Shown: positions 48,451-58,928, counted from the first letter of the stretch. The stretch: 64,000 nucleotides of DNA from an uncultured Acidobacteriota bacterium (GCA_963827655.1 CAWHCF010000049.1:224001-288000); one strand, 5' to 3'. Program-made: numbers and translations. Notes: a model not told the origin generated them from the letters alone.

Positions 48451-50825
48451 CTTGCCCCACCTATTATCCGCGCCTTTCGAGACTGCTCGACGGAGAGCTT
48501 GCGCTCTCCGAACAGGCTGAGGTCCAGCATCACTTAGTCCGATGCGAAGGCTGTCGTCGAACATTGGAAACCTGGCGATTGCAGGGCCTTCTTGTCAGGG
48601 GTTTTTTCACACGGCACTCGGTGGGCGAGGACTTCGTTTTGAAGGTTCGTGAATCAACCCAGAAAGTTGTTGAGCCTGTTGTGAAGAACCGGCTGCGCGC
48701 GAATATGCTGACCGGGCTCCAGGTCGCCGCCGTTGTTTTGATCGCCATTCTGGTGGCGACCCTTATTCTCTTACCCGGGGAGAACTTGAGCCTGGCGGAG
48801 GTACTGCATTCCGGAGAACGACTGGATCTTCTGGGCGCAAACTCAGAATCCTGGATGCCGGGTGAAGCCGGAGCGCGCCTGCACAAAGGAGATTGGCTGC
48901 GCAACGTGAGAATCAGCCCGGTTCAGATTCTGCTCAGGGACTCTTCCCGGATCACCCTTGAACGGGGGACTCTGGCGCAACTTCAAGGAAGTTCCCGCGA
49001 CCTGGGAAATCAGCTATTCCTGGCTCGCGGCTCGATGATCTCGGATCCTTACGATGCTCGGAGGGACTTCCAGGTGGGGACGCCAGCCGGCGCAATAACA
49101 GGGTCGGGCGCCAGTTTCGGGGTGAGTGTCCGCACTTTGACACTGCCGACCCTTTCGATAGGGAGCGACAATTCTGAGCAGCTGAGAGGATCTGTCTTTC
49201 CGCTCGCTGCCGTCAGAGTGAAGCAGGGCAGTATCCAGGTGGAAACAAGATCTAGTCACAGAATGGTTTCTGCCGGGAACACTGCCATCTTTACCCCTTC
49301 TTTGTTCGCAGCCGGTCCCGCCGCGGGTAGCTATACGGGAATTACAACGCAGCTGCGTGCGGATGCTCAATCGGGACCCGGAAACGGCGTCTTGTCGTCT
49401 TCCCTGGTTCCGACTAAGGAAGGCGCGGAGATTGCCTTTGAAGCCGAACACGTTCCCCTGACTCGCCTTCTCGAATCCACAACCGGAAGCGCCGTCAGAG
49501 GCGGCGACAATCTTAGAGTTAGTGGAAGGTTAACGTACCCGGTCGATACGCCCGATCGCGCGCTGGTCTCGGCCATCGGGCATAGCCTGGGACTTGAGCT
49601 TGCGATCCGCGAGGAGCTCCGGCGCCAACAGACCGCGCTCCTGACGGAACGCGCGTCGCTCACTTCAAAAGATCGAGCGGCCGGCGAGTTTGTGATTCAG
49701 AAGTCGCCTCAGGGAACGATTTCGTTTGATTTCAAAGATGTGAACGCCGACGAAGTTTTTCGAAGCCTGCGCGCCCAGCAGATCGATTTGCCTGAACTGG
49801 CGCTAATTAGCGAAGACGTTCCCATCACACTCAACGCGACCGACTTGAAGCCTGAAGAAGTGCGTTCCTGGCTCCAGGAGCGGCTTCGGCTATCCCTGAG
49901 TGAGGAGGAAGAGCTGATTCAGGTGGTCGAAGTCGTATCGGCCGCAAAAACCGACGAGCAGTCTTCGGCGTTTCCAGTTCCCAAGACCCTCGACCCGCAG
50001 AAGTTTTTTTTCCTGACGGGCAGTGGGACAAGTCCGTCGTGGATTACGGCCTCACCGGCGGATCCGACGGCCGTACCGGGGGTGGGGGAGCGCTCGCTCT
50101 GGAGCATCATCACCGCAGGGGCAGGGAGTCAACCCCAGGGTAAAGCGCCGGTCGTCATACGGGAGACAGAACCCGCAGGGGCAGCAAAAACGGCAACCCG
50201 GCCCGCGGAGGCTTCTGAAGAAGAATGGCTCGTCGAAGAGACCCAATCCGCGGGACATCTCGTGTGGCCCGTGATTTCTTCGGCGGATTCAGGGTTCGAG
50301 GAGGTCTACTTTCTCGCGCAGCCCTCCGATGAAAAGAGAGAGACAATCTGGCTCGGCTACGACGGCAGCGGTCAACTGGTGGCGCGCGTTACGCTTGAAA
50401 TGGCGAGCTCGTCCATCGTGGTTCTACCCTCGAGGGACCTGAATTTCCGAATCGGCGATGGCGGCCACTGGGAGACATTGAGCGACACGCCGTTGGCTGG
50501 CTCAATGGCCACAAGGATCGATTGGAATCGTTACGATACCCAGTACGACGCGGTGGACGCCGGTGGCTTGAGTGATTATTGGGAATTTGAAACGCCCCTG
50601 GGAGGCTCCCGGTATTTCCTGGTTAACCCGGGCGAAGAGAGTGTGGACGTCGTCGTGGCGCTCGTACGCGAGAATCGAATTGTCGCCGCCGAGGAAGTCA
50701 TTCTGCCGCCTCATGGCTCTCTGGTATGGTCCGGTTATAGCCAGATCCCGGAACTTTATTCAGGCGCACGATTGATCCTGAAGTCGCTGAACGGGCGAGT
50801 CGCCGCCGGAACAGCCAGACGGTGA
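48447..50825 (+). CDS. Anti-sigma factor: zf-HC2 + TM + FecR-like + long extracytoplasmic extension
   Basis: HLVRCEGC, TM, FecR-like (L.RG, VGTPAG, F.VSV, V.V..G.I.V). Overlaps the sigma stop codon (ATGA). Confidence 0.8.
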   Translation: MTCPTYYPRLSRLLDGELALSEQAEVQHHLVRCEGCRRTLETWRLQGLLVRGFFTRHSVGEDFVLKVRESTQKVVEPVVKNRLRANMLTGLQVAAVVLIAILVATLILLPGENLSLAEVLHSGERLDLLGANSESWMPGEAGARLHKGDWLRNVRISPVQILLRDSSRITLERGTLAQLQGSSRDLGNQLFLARGSMISDPYDARRDFQVGTPAGAITGSGASFGVSVRTLTLPTLSIGSDNSEQLRGSVFPLAAVRVKQGSIQVETRSSHRMVSAGNTAIFTPSLFAAGPAAGSYTGITTQLRADAQSGPGNGVLSSSLVPTKEGAEIAFEAEHVPLTRLLESTTGSAVRGGDNLRVSGRLTYPVDTPDRALVSAIGHSLGLELAIREELRRQQTALLTERASLTSKDRAAGEFVIQKSPQGTISFDFKDVNADEVFRSLRAQQIDLPELALISEDVPITLNATDLKPEEVRSWLQERLRLSLSEEEELIQVVEVVSAAKTDEQSSAFPVPKTLDPQKFFFLTGSGTSPSWITASPADPTAVPGVGERSLWSIITAGAGSQPQGKAPVVIRETEPAGAAKTATRPAEASEEEWLVEETQSAGHLVWPVISSADSGFEEVYFLAQPSDEKRETIWLGYDGSGQLVARVTLEMASSSIVVLPSRDLNFRIGDGGHWETLSDTPLAGSMATRIDWNRYDTQYDAVDAGGLSDYWEFETPLGGSRYFLVNPGEESVDVVVALVRENRIVAAEEVILPPHGSLVWSGYSQIPELYSGARLILKSLNGRVAAGTARR

Positions 50826-50939
50826 GTCCGATGGCGCGGACGCACGAGTTGAACCTACAACGTGTCTTCGTGTCTTCTGTCGGTGGCGCTACGAAACAAA
50901 TACCATCTAGTCACCAAGACACGAAGAAAAATCAAGAAT

Positions 50940-52127
50940 ATGGATGAAGCGACGATTCGTGCGTGGTGGTCCAATCGCCAGGGGTTGGATGGCACGCTGC
51001 GCGGAAAGTCCGCGGCTGACGTCCTGGAGCGATCCGGATGGGCTCGGTCTGTCGGTGGAGTCGGTCCCTACCTGACCCTCTTTTCACGCGCCGGGATCAA
51101 TCGCGAAGATTCGGATAAGGCGGTGGCCAATCTCGAGATTCACGAGTTGCCATCCGCCCGGGGCTGCACCTACGTCGTTCCAGCCGGCGACTTTCCACTG
51201 GCGCTCAGAGTCGGTCAGGAATTCGGCGAGGGCGAGATGAAGGTTGCGGGCAAGCTCGGTGTGACAGACAAGGAAATCGACCGGTTGTGTGATGCGGTTG
51301 CCGGGGCCCTTGCCAAAGGCCCCCTCGATCCGGAGCAGATTCGCGAGGCGACAGGGGGTGCGGCGCGCAACCTCGGTCCCGAGGGAAAAAAGAAGGGAAT
51401 GATTACCACACTTCCGCTGGCCCTAGGCAGGCTGCAATCCCTCGGCGAGATACGTCGAATTCCAAGCACAGGCCGCATCGACCAGCAGCGCTATCAGTAC
51501 GCGCTTTGGCGTCCCAATCCTCTGTCCGGGTTCAAACTCGCGCCGGCGGAGGCGTATACGGAGCTGGCGCGGCGCTTCTTCCGATGGATCGGGCCGGCGA
51601 CCCTGGGGGAGTTCCAGTGGTTTTCCGGGCTTGGCGTCAAAGCCAGCAAAGCAGCTGTCGAGCCCCTGAAGCTCGTCGCTCTCGAGAACGGCAGCGACCG
51701 GCTGATGTTTCCTGAGGCTCGCGATCGGTTGGTTGACTTCAAGGCGCCGACCAAGCCGCAATACTCCCTGGTGAGCAGCCTGGACGCGATCTCGGCACTG
51801 CGGCGCGACGTGAAAGGATTGCTCGACTCAAAGGACTGGAACCGGCGAGTCTTCATCGACAATTCGATGATGGCGGCGAAGGGACTGACGGACCTGCCGA
51901 ATCATGCGATTCTCGATCGCGGCCGCCTGGTCGGTCTGTGGGAATATGATACCGAGAAGCAGTCGATCGCATGGACCTCGTTCGGGATCAAAGATAAAAA
52001 GCTGGATGCGGCAGTGGAGCAGACCGAGAAATATATCCGCGAGCAACTCGGCGACGCGCGATCGTTCAGCCTCGATAGTCCCAGGAGCCGTGGTCCTCGA
52101 ATCGAAGCATTGCGAAAAACCGGCTGA
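50940..52127 (+). CDS. AlkZ/YcaQ (HTH_42) winged-helix DNA glycosylase-like protein
   Basis: PYL.LFSR, ARGCTYVV, ELARRFF.W.GPAT..EF.WFSG, IL.RGRLVG.W. Confidence 0.8.
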   Translation: MDEATIRAWWSNRQGLDGTLRGKSAADVLERSGWARSVGGVGPYLTLFSRAGINREDSDKAVANLEIHELPSARGCTYVVPAGDFPLALRVGQEFGEGEMKVAGKLGVTDKEIDRLCDAVAGALAKGPLDPEQIREATGGAARNLGPEGKKKGMITTLPLALGRLQSLGEIRRIPSTGRIDQQRYQYALWRPNPLSGFKLAPAEAYTELARRFFRWIGPATLGEFQWFSGLGVKASKAAVEPLKLVALENGSDRLMFPEARDRLVDFKAPTKPQYSLVSSLDAISALRRDVKGLLDSKDWNRRVFIDNSMMAAKGLTDLPNHAILDRGRLVGLWEYDTEKQSIAWTSFGIKDKKLDAAVEQTEKYIREQLGDARSFSLDSPRSRGPRIEALRKTG

Positions 52128-52189
52128 GGCGCCAATAACACGAAGACGCGAAGACTCAAAGAAACACGAAGCATTTTTGGAGTGACGAC

Positions 52190-53299
52190 GTGCTAGCGAC
52201 ACAGGTGAAGCAGAAGGAAGGCCGGTTCTATTTCATTGCCTACAAGGCAGGCGATCTGCTCGATCGAGTGAGGTTCACCAGCCGCTATTATTATGAAGGG
52301 GAGCGCATCGAGGCGGAAACGGGCGGCGAGGATGAGGTCGCGCGCTTCATTGCCGGCATCGAGAAAAACGAAAAAGCCTTCCAGCGTCAGCTGAACCGGC
52401 AGAAGGTGCGCCAGATTGTCAACTTCTACGAGACCGCGGTCAGTCAGCCTCTGATCCCGGGTACCATTTTGCTATTCACGGACGAAGAGCTGCGTTTTGA
52501 GCCGATGGGATCATTCGAAGCCGTGGGAAATTTGAGCGAACCCCATTCCAAGTATCTCGTGATCGACGGACAGCACAGGCTTGCGGCCCTGTATTTCTTT
52601 GAGCAAAAACATCCCGACCAGATTGACCGGGTCGAAGTTCCCTGCGTCCTGTTCGACGGAAAGAGCGGAGACTTCGCCACCGAGATGTTCGTCATCATTA
52701 ACTCTACCCACACCAAGATAAACAAGTCGCACCTGGTCGACCTCTACGAAAAAGTGTCGTGGGAGACGCCCGAGAAGAAATTCGCCGCGCGCATCGTGAA
52801 CCACCTGTATGAGACAGCGGACTCTCCCTTGCGCTATCGGATTAACCGCCTGGGCGGACGGAGCCGGCAGGAGAAATGGATTCTTCAATCGGAACTGTTC
52901 AACGAGCTCCACAAAGTCGTTCAGACACATCGTAAGTTCTTCGAGAAGCGTTTGCACCAAAGGCCGGATCGCGCCTACGAACTGGTTCGCGACTACTTGA
53001 AGGGAGTCCGCGAGGTGATGGAGGCGGTGTGGGGAGAGAACGAAAAATACATGTTTACGCGCGACGTTACCCTGAAAGCCCTCATTCGCGTGCTGGCGGA
53101 TTTGCTGGACGATGCCAGCTTGATGGCGGCCTGGCAGGAAGACCGCTCGCCGCGCCCGTTCCGGCAACTTCTCCAACCTTGGGCGGAAATCACCAAGGAG
53201 TTCCGCGCCGAAGGCTTCTACGAGCGTTTCCCGGCCAAGGGACAAGTGGAGCGCGTGAGGCGCATCCATACCCGTCTTCTGGAGGTTTTAGGCCGCTGA
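52190..53299 (+). CDS. DGQHR domain protein (DndB/ParB-like)
   Basis: FQRQL, IPGTI, VIDGQHRL, EMFVIINS. Confidence 0.9.
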   Translation: MLATQVKQKEGRFYFIAYKAGDLLDRVRFTSRYYYEGERIEAETGGEDEVARFIAGIEKNEKAFQRQLNRQKVRQIVNFYETAVSQPLIPGTILLFTDEELRFEPMGSFEAVGNLSEPHSKYLVIDGQHRLAALYFFEQKHPDQIDRVEVPCVLFDGKSGDFATEMFVIINSTHTKINKSHLVDLYEKVSWETPEKKFAARIVNHLYETADSPLRYRINRLGGRSRQEKWILQSELFNELHKVVQTHRKFFEKRLHQRPDRAYELVRDYLKGVREVMEAVWGENEKYMFTRDVTLKALIRVLADLLDDASLMAAWQEDRSPRPFRQLLQPWAEITKEFRAEGFYERFPAKGQVERVRRIHTRLLEVLGR

Positions 53300-53357
53300 A
53301 GTCTCGTTGCTTCTTCGTGATTAGAGCTGCCTGACAAAAACCACTAAGGCTCTAAGG

Positions 53358-53385
53358 TTCGTTCGGGGACTTCGCCCCGAACGAA
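53358..53385. terminator. Hairpin between convergent genes (possible terminator)
   Basis: TTCGTTCGGGG-ACTTCG-CCCCGAACGAA. Confidence 0.55.
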
Positions 53386-53467
53386 GGCCCCTTCTGAACG
53401 ACAACATGTTGGTTTGAACGTTTGCTAAGCGCCTAAGACGCGAAGAAACACCAAGAAAACCGCAGCA

Positions 53468-54565
53468 TCAGGAGGCGCGGCGCGACTCGCGGGCCACATC
53501 GTAGAGCGCCCTGATGTAGCCGATACTGTAAGCCCATCCGGTCCGGCGGTCGCCGACCATTTGCGGGACATGATCGGCGATAAGAATACCTCGAAAATCC
53601 ACCTCGACCAGGGTTCGCATGACCCGCTTCATGTCCGTGTATCCGTTGTCGACAAAGGTCTCGACGAAGTTCGGGATGGGCGCGCTCACGTTGCGGAAAT
53701 GGATTTTCCACAGCTTTCCCATCTTGGAGAATCCCCGGATGGCCTCCACCACATCCTTGCCCATCTCCTTGCCTCCTTCCATCCAGGTGCCGCAACAGAG
53801 GCAGACGCCGATGTTCGGGCTGTTTGCGATTTCGAGCGCGCGCACGTAGCCGCTGTAATTGCCGAAGATGCAGCGCGGGACGCCGGCGAGCTCGGGTACG
53901 GGCGGATCATCGGGGTGGATTCCGATCCGGATGCCCAGCTCTTCGGCAACCGGGACCACCTGTTTGATGAAGTAGGTGTAGTTTTCCCACAGTTCTTCCT
54001 TGGTGAATTTACGCCCGTGTGAAAGCGGCGGCTCGAATACCTTGCCTGCCCAATTGCCCTTGGCGGTTTCAAGACGGAAGGCGCGCGCCGGAGCGCCACC
54101 GCGGGTTGTCTCCCGCTCCGAACTCCAGATTCCGTTCCCCATGTGCGCGTAGGTCGTGTAGAAGATCCCGGCCTGGGCCAGATCGCGCAGGTATTTCTTG
54201 TACTCCTCGATCTTCTGATCGCGGCCAGGGAGGTTCAGCGTGACCTCAGGCATGTTGTGGACGTTCGAGTTTCCGATATTCGCAATCTTGAGACCGGCGG
54301 TTTCGACACGCTGCTTGAAACCGGCGAAGGTCTCGTGGGTACCGCCGCGAGTCGGGATACTGACGTACTCGACGCCGATTTGCTTGGCGAATACCAGGTC
54401 CTCTTCATTGAAGTCGGTCGGAATCTGAAGAGAAATCTTGATGCCGGGGGAGAGCGGGTCCAGGGACCGCTTGCCGGCGAAAACCGGAGCAGCCGCGAAA
54501 GCGGCGGCGGCGATGGCGCGAGCAAAGTCGCGGCGGCTGAGTGCGCTGTAATTCTTGTATCTCAT
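53468..54565 (-). CDS. Mannonate dehydratase (UxuA) family protein with Tat-like leader
   Basis: LWENYTYF...VPVAEE, IHPDDPP, IHFRNV, DHVP, YSIGYI. SRRDF leader. Confidence 0.88.
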   Translation of the reverse strand: MRYKNYSALSRRDFARAIAAAAFAAAPVFAGKRSLDPLSPGIKISLQIPTDFNEEDLVFAKQIGVEYVSIPTRGGTHETFAGFKQRVETAGLKIANIGNSNVHNMPEVTLNLPGRDQKIEEYKKYLRDLAQAGIFYTTYAHMGNGIWSSERETTRGGAPARAFRLETAKGNWAGKVFEPPLSHGRKFTKEELWENYTYFIKQVVPVAEELGIRIGIHPDDPPVPELAGVPRCIFGNYSGYVRALEIANSPNIGVCLCCGTWMEGGKEMGKDVVEAIRGFSKMGKLWKIHFRNVSAPIPNFVETFVDNGYTDMKRVMRTLVEVDFRGILIADHVPQMVGDRRTGWAYSIGYIRALYDVARESRRAS

Positions 54566-54594
54566 GACGAGTGCCTCCCGAGTGCGCGGACCTA

Positions 54595-55764
54595 TTATGC
54601 CGGCTGGAGATCGATTTTCTTGCCGGCGACCGACAGGTTTTCACGAATGAAGGTTTGATCCCAAAGATTGGAAATTACCGCCGAGACGTTCGGGTTTTGA
54701 AGGGTCCAGGTGTAAGCCTTCAGGGGCGGCTTCATGGAACCCGGGACGATACGGTTGACCTTGTCGACGCGCCACTGCGGTGTCGGCTGCAGTGCCTGAT
54801 GATGCGTGGCCACAGCCATCGCCACCTTCATGGCGATGACGCCCACGTCTTTGGCGCGGGCCAGCCGAAGGGCTTCCTCGACATATCCTCCGTTGATGAT
54901 GTTATAGGCGACCATGGCAACGTCGTAGTGACCGAGCTCGACGGCCTTTTTCAGAACTCCGGCAGGATCATTGTGCGCGGTCACACCGAGGAAACGCACC
55001 TTTCCCTGTTTCTTGAGCTGCAGAAAGGTCTGGTAGATCTCGGGCGTTTCGAGCTCTTCGGGGCTGTTAGCTCCATGCGGACACATCACGATATCGAAGT
55101 AGTCCGTACCCACGCGCTTCAAGCTTCCCTCGATCGATTCGATCATGAAGCGACGGAAACGCGGGTTGCCATCCACTTTGTGCGCGTAGTCGGGCGCCAT
55201 GGCGTTGCTCAAGTAAGCCGGTTCCAGGGCCCTTTTCTGACCGGGAAAATACTCCAGGAAATACCCCGGTTTTGCGGCCCCGCGCTCGGCCAGCATCTCG
55301 TTGGCCCGCCCGAGTATGGTTCGCTTTTTGTCATCAGGCAGTGTCTCGAAGATCTCTTTGTACAGCTCGTAGCGCACGGATGAGTAACCGCTGATCTTGG
55401 TCGTGAGGAAGACCTTCTCACGCACCGACGATCTACCGGCGAGCAATTTGCCATAGGCCGTCTCGCAATCGCCGCGGCTGTAAGACGGAGCCATATCGAG
55501 ATAGTTCAACCCCATATCGACCGCGAGATTGAGGTGCTCGTAGTTGTCGGTTCGGATGGGATCGCCGCCGCTCACGACTTCGGAGACCATGATTCCGGTG
55601 CGCCCGAGCCGGCGATAGGCCATTTCCGGCTGCTTGTTGCGCCACTCCGGATCTCCCGTCCGGTTGACGGCGGCATGGATCGCTTGCCTGGGCGCGCCGA
55701 GCGCGAGTCCCAGGGCGGCAGCTTGTTTGAGAAAATCCCGGCGGTGGCTTTTTTGACGAATCAT
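54595..55764 (-). CDS. Aldo/keto reductase with Tat leader
   Basis: RRDFLK, YRRLGRTG, DMAPSY, SLKR..TDY, GKVRFLG. Confidence 0.88.
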   Translation of the reverse strand: MIRQKSHRRDFLKQAAALGLALGAPRQAIHAAVNRTGDPEWRNKQPEMAYRRLGRTGIMVSEVVSGGDPIRTDNYEHLNLAVDMGLNYLDMAPSYSRGDCETAYGKLLAGRSSVREKVFLTTKISGYSSVRYELYKEIFETLPDDKKRTILGRANEMLAERGAAKPGYFLEYFPGQKRALEPAYLSNAMAPDYAHKVDGNPRFRRFMIESIEGSLKRVGTDYFDIVMCPHGANSPEELETPEIYQTFLQLKKQGKVRFLGVTAHNDPAGVLKKAVELGHYDVAMVAYNIINGGYVEEALRLARAKDVGVIAMKVAMAVATHHQALQPTPQWRVDKVNRIVPGSMKPPLKAYTWTLQNPNVSAVISNLWDQTFIRENLSVAGKKIDLQPA

Positions 55765-56191
55765 GACCCGCTTCTCCCCTTTGCTTTGATGAACCTATGG
55801 TCCCGAGATCGCAAGCGCCTGGCTTCTCTCCGAGCCTTCGGGGTTGACCTGGTTTCGACGAGTTGCTCTTTATGCGAGAATTCCCTGAAAACGTTCGCAT
55901 CCGACTCAAGAGCGGTGAGCGCATGATCGTTTGATCTTAGCGCTGATCGTTTCCAAGCTCCACAATTGTTTGCATTCACCTGGCGTTTCTTCGAACAAGA
56001 GAAAACATCTTGTTTTCCGGCAAGATTTTGCTCACGAAGCAGAGAGCAAAGAAGATTTGCCACGATACGTTGTGGCCACAGGCCATTCGAGCCTTGACGA
56101 GATCGTCACGCAGAAATACCGGCCTTGAGAGAAGGCCTGCCGCCCTGTATCATTTCCGCTCTCGACTCATACTGATAAGGAGAAATATATA

Positions 56192-57216
56192 ATGGTTGAA
56201 TCGAAATCCAACGCTGGTCCATCTCCGCAGCTCTTCTTTGACACTGTCAACGGGTACCAGCGTACCTCAGCGATCAAGGCTGCCGTGGAACTGGATGTTT
56301 TCACCCCAATGGGAGAGGGAGAAAAGACCAGCCAGGAGCTTGCCAGCCAGTGCGGAACCTCTGAGCGCGGGATGCGAATTCTTTGTGATTACCTGGTCGT
56401 CCTTGGTTTTCTGACCAAACAGGCGAACCGATACGCCCTCACTCAGGATTCGGCTGTCTTTCTCAATCGGCAGTCGCCCATGTATCTGGGCTCCGCGATC
56501 GAGTTCCTTCTCTCGCCCATGCTCGCCGACAATTTCAAGGTTCTGAAAGTCCGCGGTCCGGAAGGGTGGGACAGCGATGAGCTGCAGAAGGAACCGTTGC
56601 TCCCGAGCACCCGATCTGGGTTGAATTCGCCAGGTCCATGGCTCCGATGACGACCCTGCCGGCCCAAAACATGGCGCGGCTGGTTCGACTCGCTCCCGAC
56701 CGGAACAGCAAGGTGCTCGATATCGCCGCCGGTCACGGGAAGTTCGGCCTCGCCTTCGGCGCTGAATACCCGCGGGCTGAAATTGTGGCGCTCGACTGGC
56801 CCAAGGTTCTCGAGGTCGCCCGGGAGAATGCGCGCGCGGCCGGGCTCGAGTCCCGCTTTCGAACCATAGCAGGGAGCGCCTTCGACGCCGACTACGGAAG
56901 CGACTACGACGTTGTCCTGCTGACGAATTTTCTGCACCACTTCAATCCTGAGACCTGCGAAAACCTTCTGCGCAGGGTGAAAGCGGCCCTTAGAAAAGGC
57001 GGCCGAGCCGCGGTGCTCGACTTTGTGCCCAACGAGGACAGAGTCACGCCTCCTGTGGCCGCGTCATTCAGTCTGATGATGCTTGGGTCGACTCCAGGCG
57101 GAGACGCCTACACCTTCTCCGAATACGAGCGCATGTTTCGCAACGCCGGTTTCGCGCACACTGAGCTGCATGCGCTTGCCCCTACCTTTGAGAGTGTCGT
57201 GATCTCGCAGGCGTGA
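56192..57216 (+). CDS. SAM-dependent O-methyltransferase with dimerisation domain (frameshifts ~56540-56590)
   Basis: AIKAAVELDVF, VLDIAAGHG, ALDWP.V, NFLHHF. Confidence 0.88.
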
Positions 57217-57293
57217 TTCCTGGCGTTTCCTCGCTTTTGGTTCAGCCGCACCAACCACGAAGACGCATTAACAAGCCAGGGCACTGCGTCGCA

Positions 57294-57321
57294 TGTAACC
57301 TTTCGGCTGGATCGCGGTTAC
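57294..57321 (+). promoter_or_regulatory. Possible ECF promoter / inverted repeat
   Basis: TGTAACC-N15-GGTTAC upstream of the DUF4097 gene. Confidence 0.3.
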
Positions 57322-57414
57322 TACGTGTAGTGGGCTGGACCGACGCGGTGTGCGCGCCGTCAGAGTCAAAGGACGAACAGAGATCTACACTGGAATCTTC
57401 AAGGAGATGGGACT

Positions 57415-58197
57415 ATGCGTTTGACCAGGATCGTAAGCCTTGCATTTCTGTGCCTGGCCGCGGGACGCTTTGCCGGGGCCGAGCAGGACTCCTTTCGATG
57501 GCAGGGGCGCGTGGACCCTGGCCGAGTAATCGAGATAAAGGGGATAAACGGCGATGTCGATGCGCAATCCGCCTCCGGCAGCCTGGTGGAAGTGATTGCC
57601 GCAAAAGAGGGTCGCCGAAGCGACCCGCGTCTGGTCAATATCCAGGTGCTCGAGCATGCCGACGGCGTTACCATCTGCGCGGTCTATCCCAGCGATGATC
57701 CGAGCCGGCCCAACGAATGCAAGCCAGGCAAGGGTGGGCGCAGCAGCATACGCAATAACGACGTCAAGGTAGATTTTGCGGTCCGTGTTCCCCTGGGAGT
57801 CCGGTTCACTGGACGCACCGTTAATGGCGAGGTAAGGGTGGAATCGCTCGCGAGTGACGTCGAGGCAGCTACCGTTAATGGCAGCGTACGGATCAGTACC
57901 GTCGGACACGCGCAAGCGGAAACGGTAAATGGTTCCATTACAGCATCGATGGGGAGCGCGAGCTGGGCCGAACCGCTCGAGTTTAAGACGGTCAATGGCA
58001 GCATTACCCTGCAGCTCCCGCCGACGACCGAAACTGAAATCAGGGCGGAGACGGTCAACGGCGACATCTCGACAGACTTTCCGGTGACGGTCCGGGGTAG
58101 CTTCAGCAAGAAACGGATGGACGGGACGATCGGGCGCGGGGGGCGGACGCTTGTTCTCAAGACGGTCAATGGCAGCGTGAGGCTGAATTCTCACTGA
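57415..58197 (+). CDS. DUF4097 (putative adhesin) beta-repeat protein
   Basis: Signal peptide and repeated TVNGSI/TVNGDI motifs. Confidence 0.88.
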   Translation: MRLTRIVSLAFLCLAAGRFAGAEQDSFRWQGRVDPGRVIEIKGINGDVDAQSASGSLVEVIAAKEGRRSDPRLVNIQVLEHADGVTICAVYPSDDPSRPNECKPGKGGRSSIRNNDVKVDFAVRVPLGVRFTGRTVNGEVRVESLASDVEAATVNGSVRISTVGHAQAETVNGSITASMGSASWAEPLEFKTVNGSITLQLPPTTETEIRAETVNGDISTDFPVTVRGSFSKKRMDGTIGRGGRTLVLKTVNGSVRLNSH

Positions 58198-58298
58198 GCG
58201 ATCATACAGTTTCAAGAATCAGCAGCCTTTGCGCCGGGTGTTGTTCATGATTCTGCATGCCTAAGGCGCCCGCCGGCAGCCTTATTCGGTGGCGGGTT

Positions 58299-58841
58299 TC
58301 AGGGGGCTTTTCGGGGATAGCCCTGAGCGAGTGCCTGCCGCGTGACTTTCGCAATGAAATCACTCTTGGCCTCGGCATATGCCTCACGCGTCTCGAAGTG
58401 AGAAGACGAATACCGCGGAGCCAAATCCTTCTTGAGCGATTCGTACTCCCGTGCGACAGCATCGTGGTCGCGAAGGTAGTCTCGGAAGGCTAGCGTCTTG
58501 CTTTCCTCTTCACCATCGGCCGCCACGACGTGGATATGATGCGTATGGGGCCATGTCTCAGGGCGATGGAAAAACGGTGCGAAGGCGTCGTCCGGATGTA
58601 GAACGTGAACGTAACCAAGTTCCACCAGACGGCCGGCGTAGAGATCGATCGGGTGCAGCCGCCTCACAGAGATCTGGATGTCGATCACCGGCTTCGCCGA
58701 CAAGCCGGGAACCGAGGTAGATCCGTTGTGCTCGATTCGTACCGCCAGCGTGCCCAGGGCCTTCTCCAGTCGAGCCCGTTCCTGTTCGAAATCGGCCGCC
58801 CAGCGTGGATCATAGGGCTTGATCTCGAGGACGTCAGTCAT
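58299..58841 (-). CDS. GrpB family nucleotidyltransferase-like protein
   Basis: YDPRW, EH.GSTSVPGL.AKP.IDI, FRDYLR, Y..AK. Confidence 0.9.
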   Translation of the reverse strand: MTDVLEIKPYDPRWAADFEQERARLEKALGTLAVRIEHNGSTSVPGLSAKPVIDIQISVRRLHPIDLYAGRLVELGYVHVLHPDDAFAPFFHRPETWPHTHHIHVVAADGEEESKTLAFRDYLRDHDAVAREYESLKKDLAPRYSSSHFETREAYAEAKSDFIAKVTRQALAQGYPRKAP

Positions 58842-58928
58842 TCCGTGCGCCGCCCAATTTGTAATCAGGCCCACCACGCCGGGAACTGAACCTGGTCGGC
58901 CTGGCACGAACTATCACAACCACTAGGA

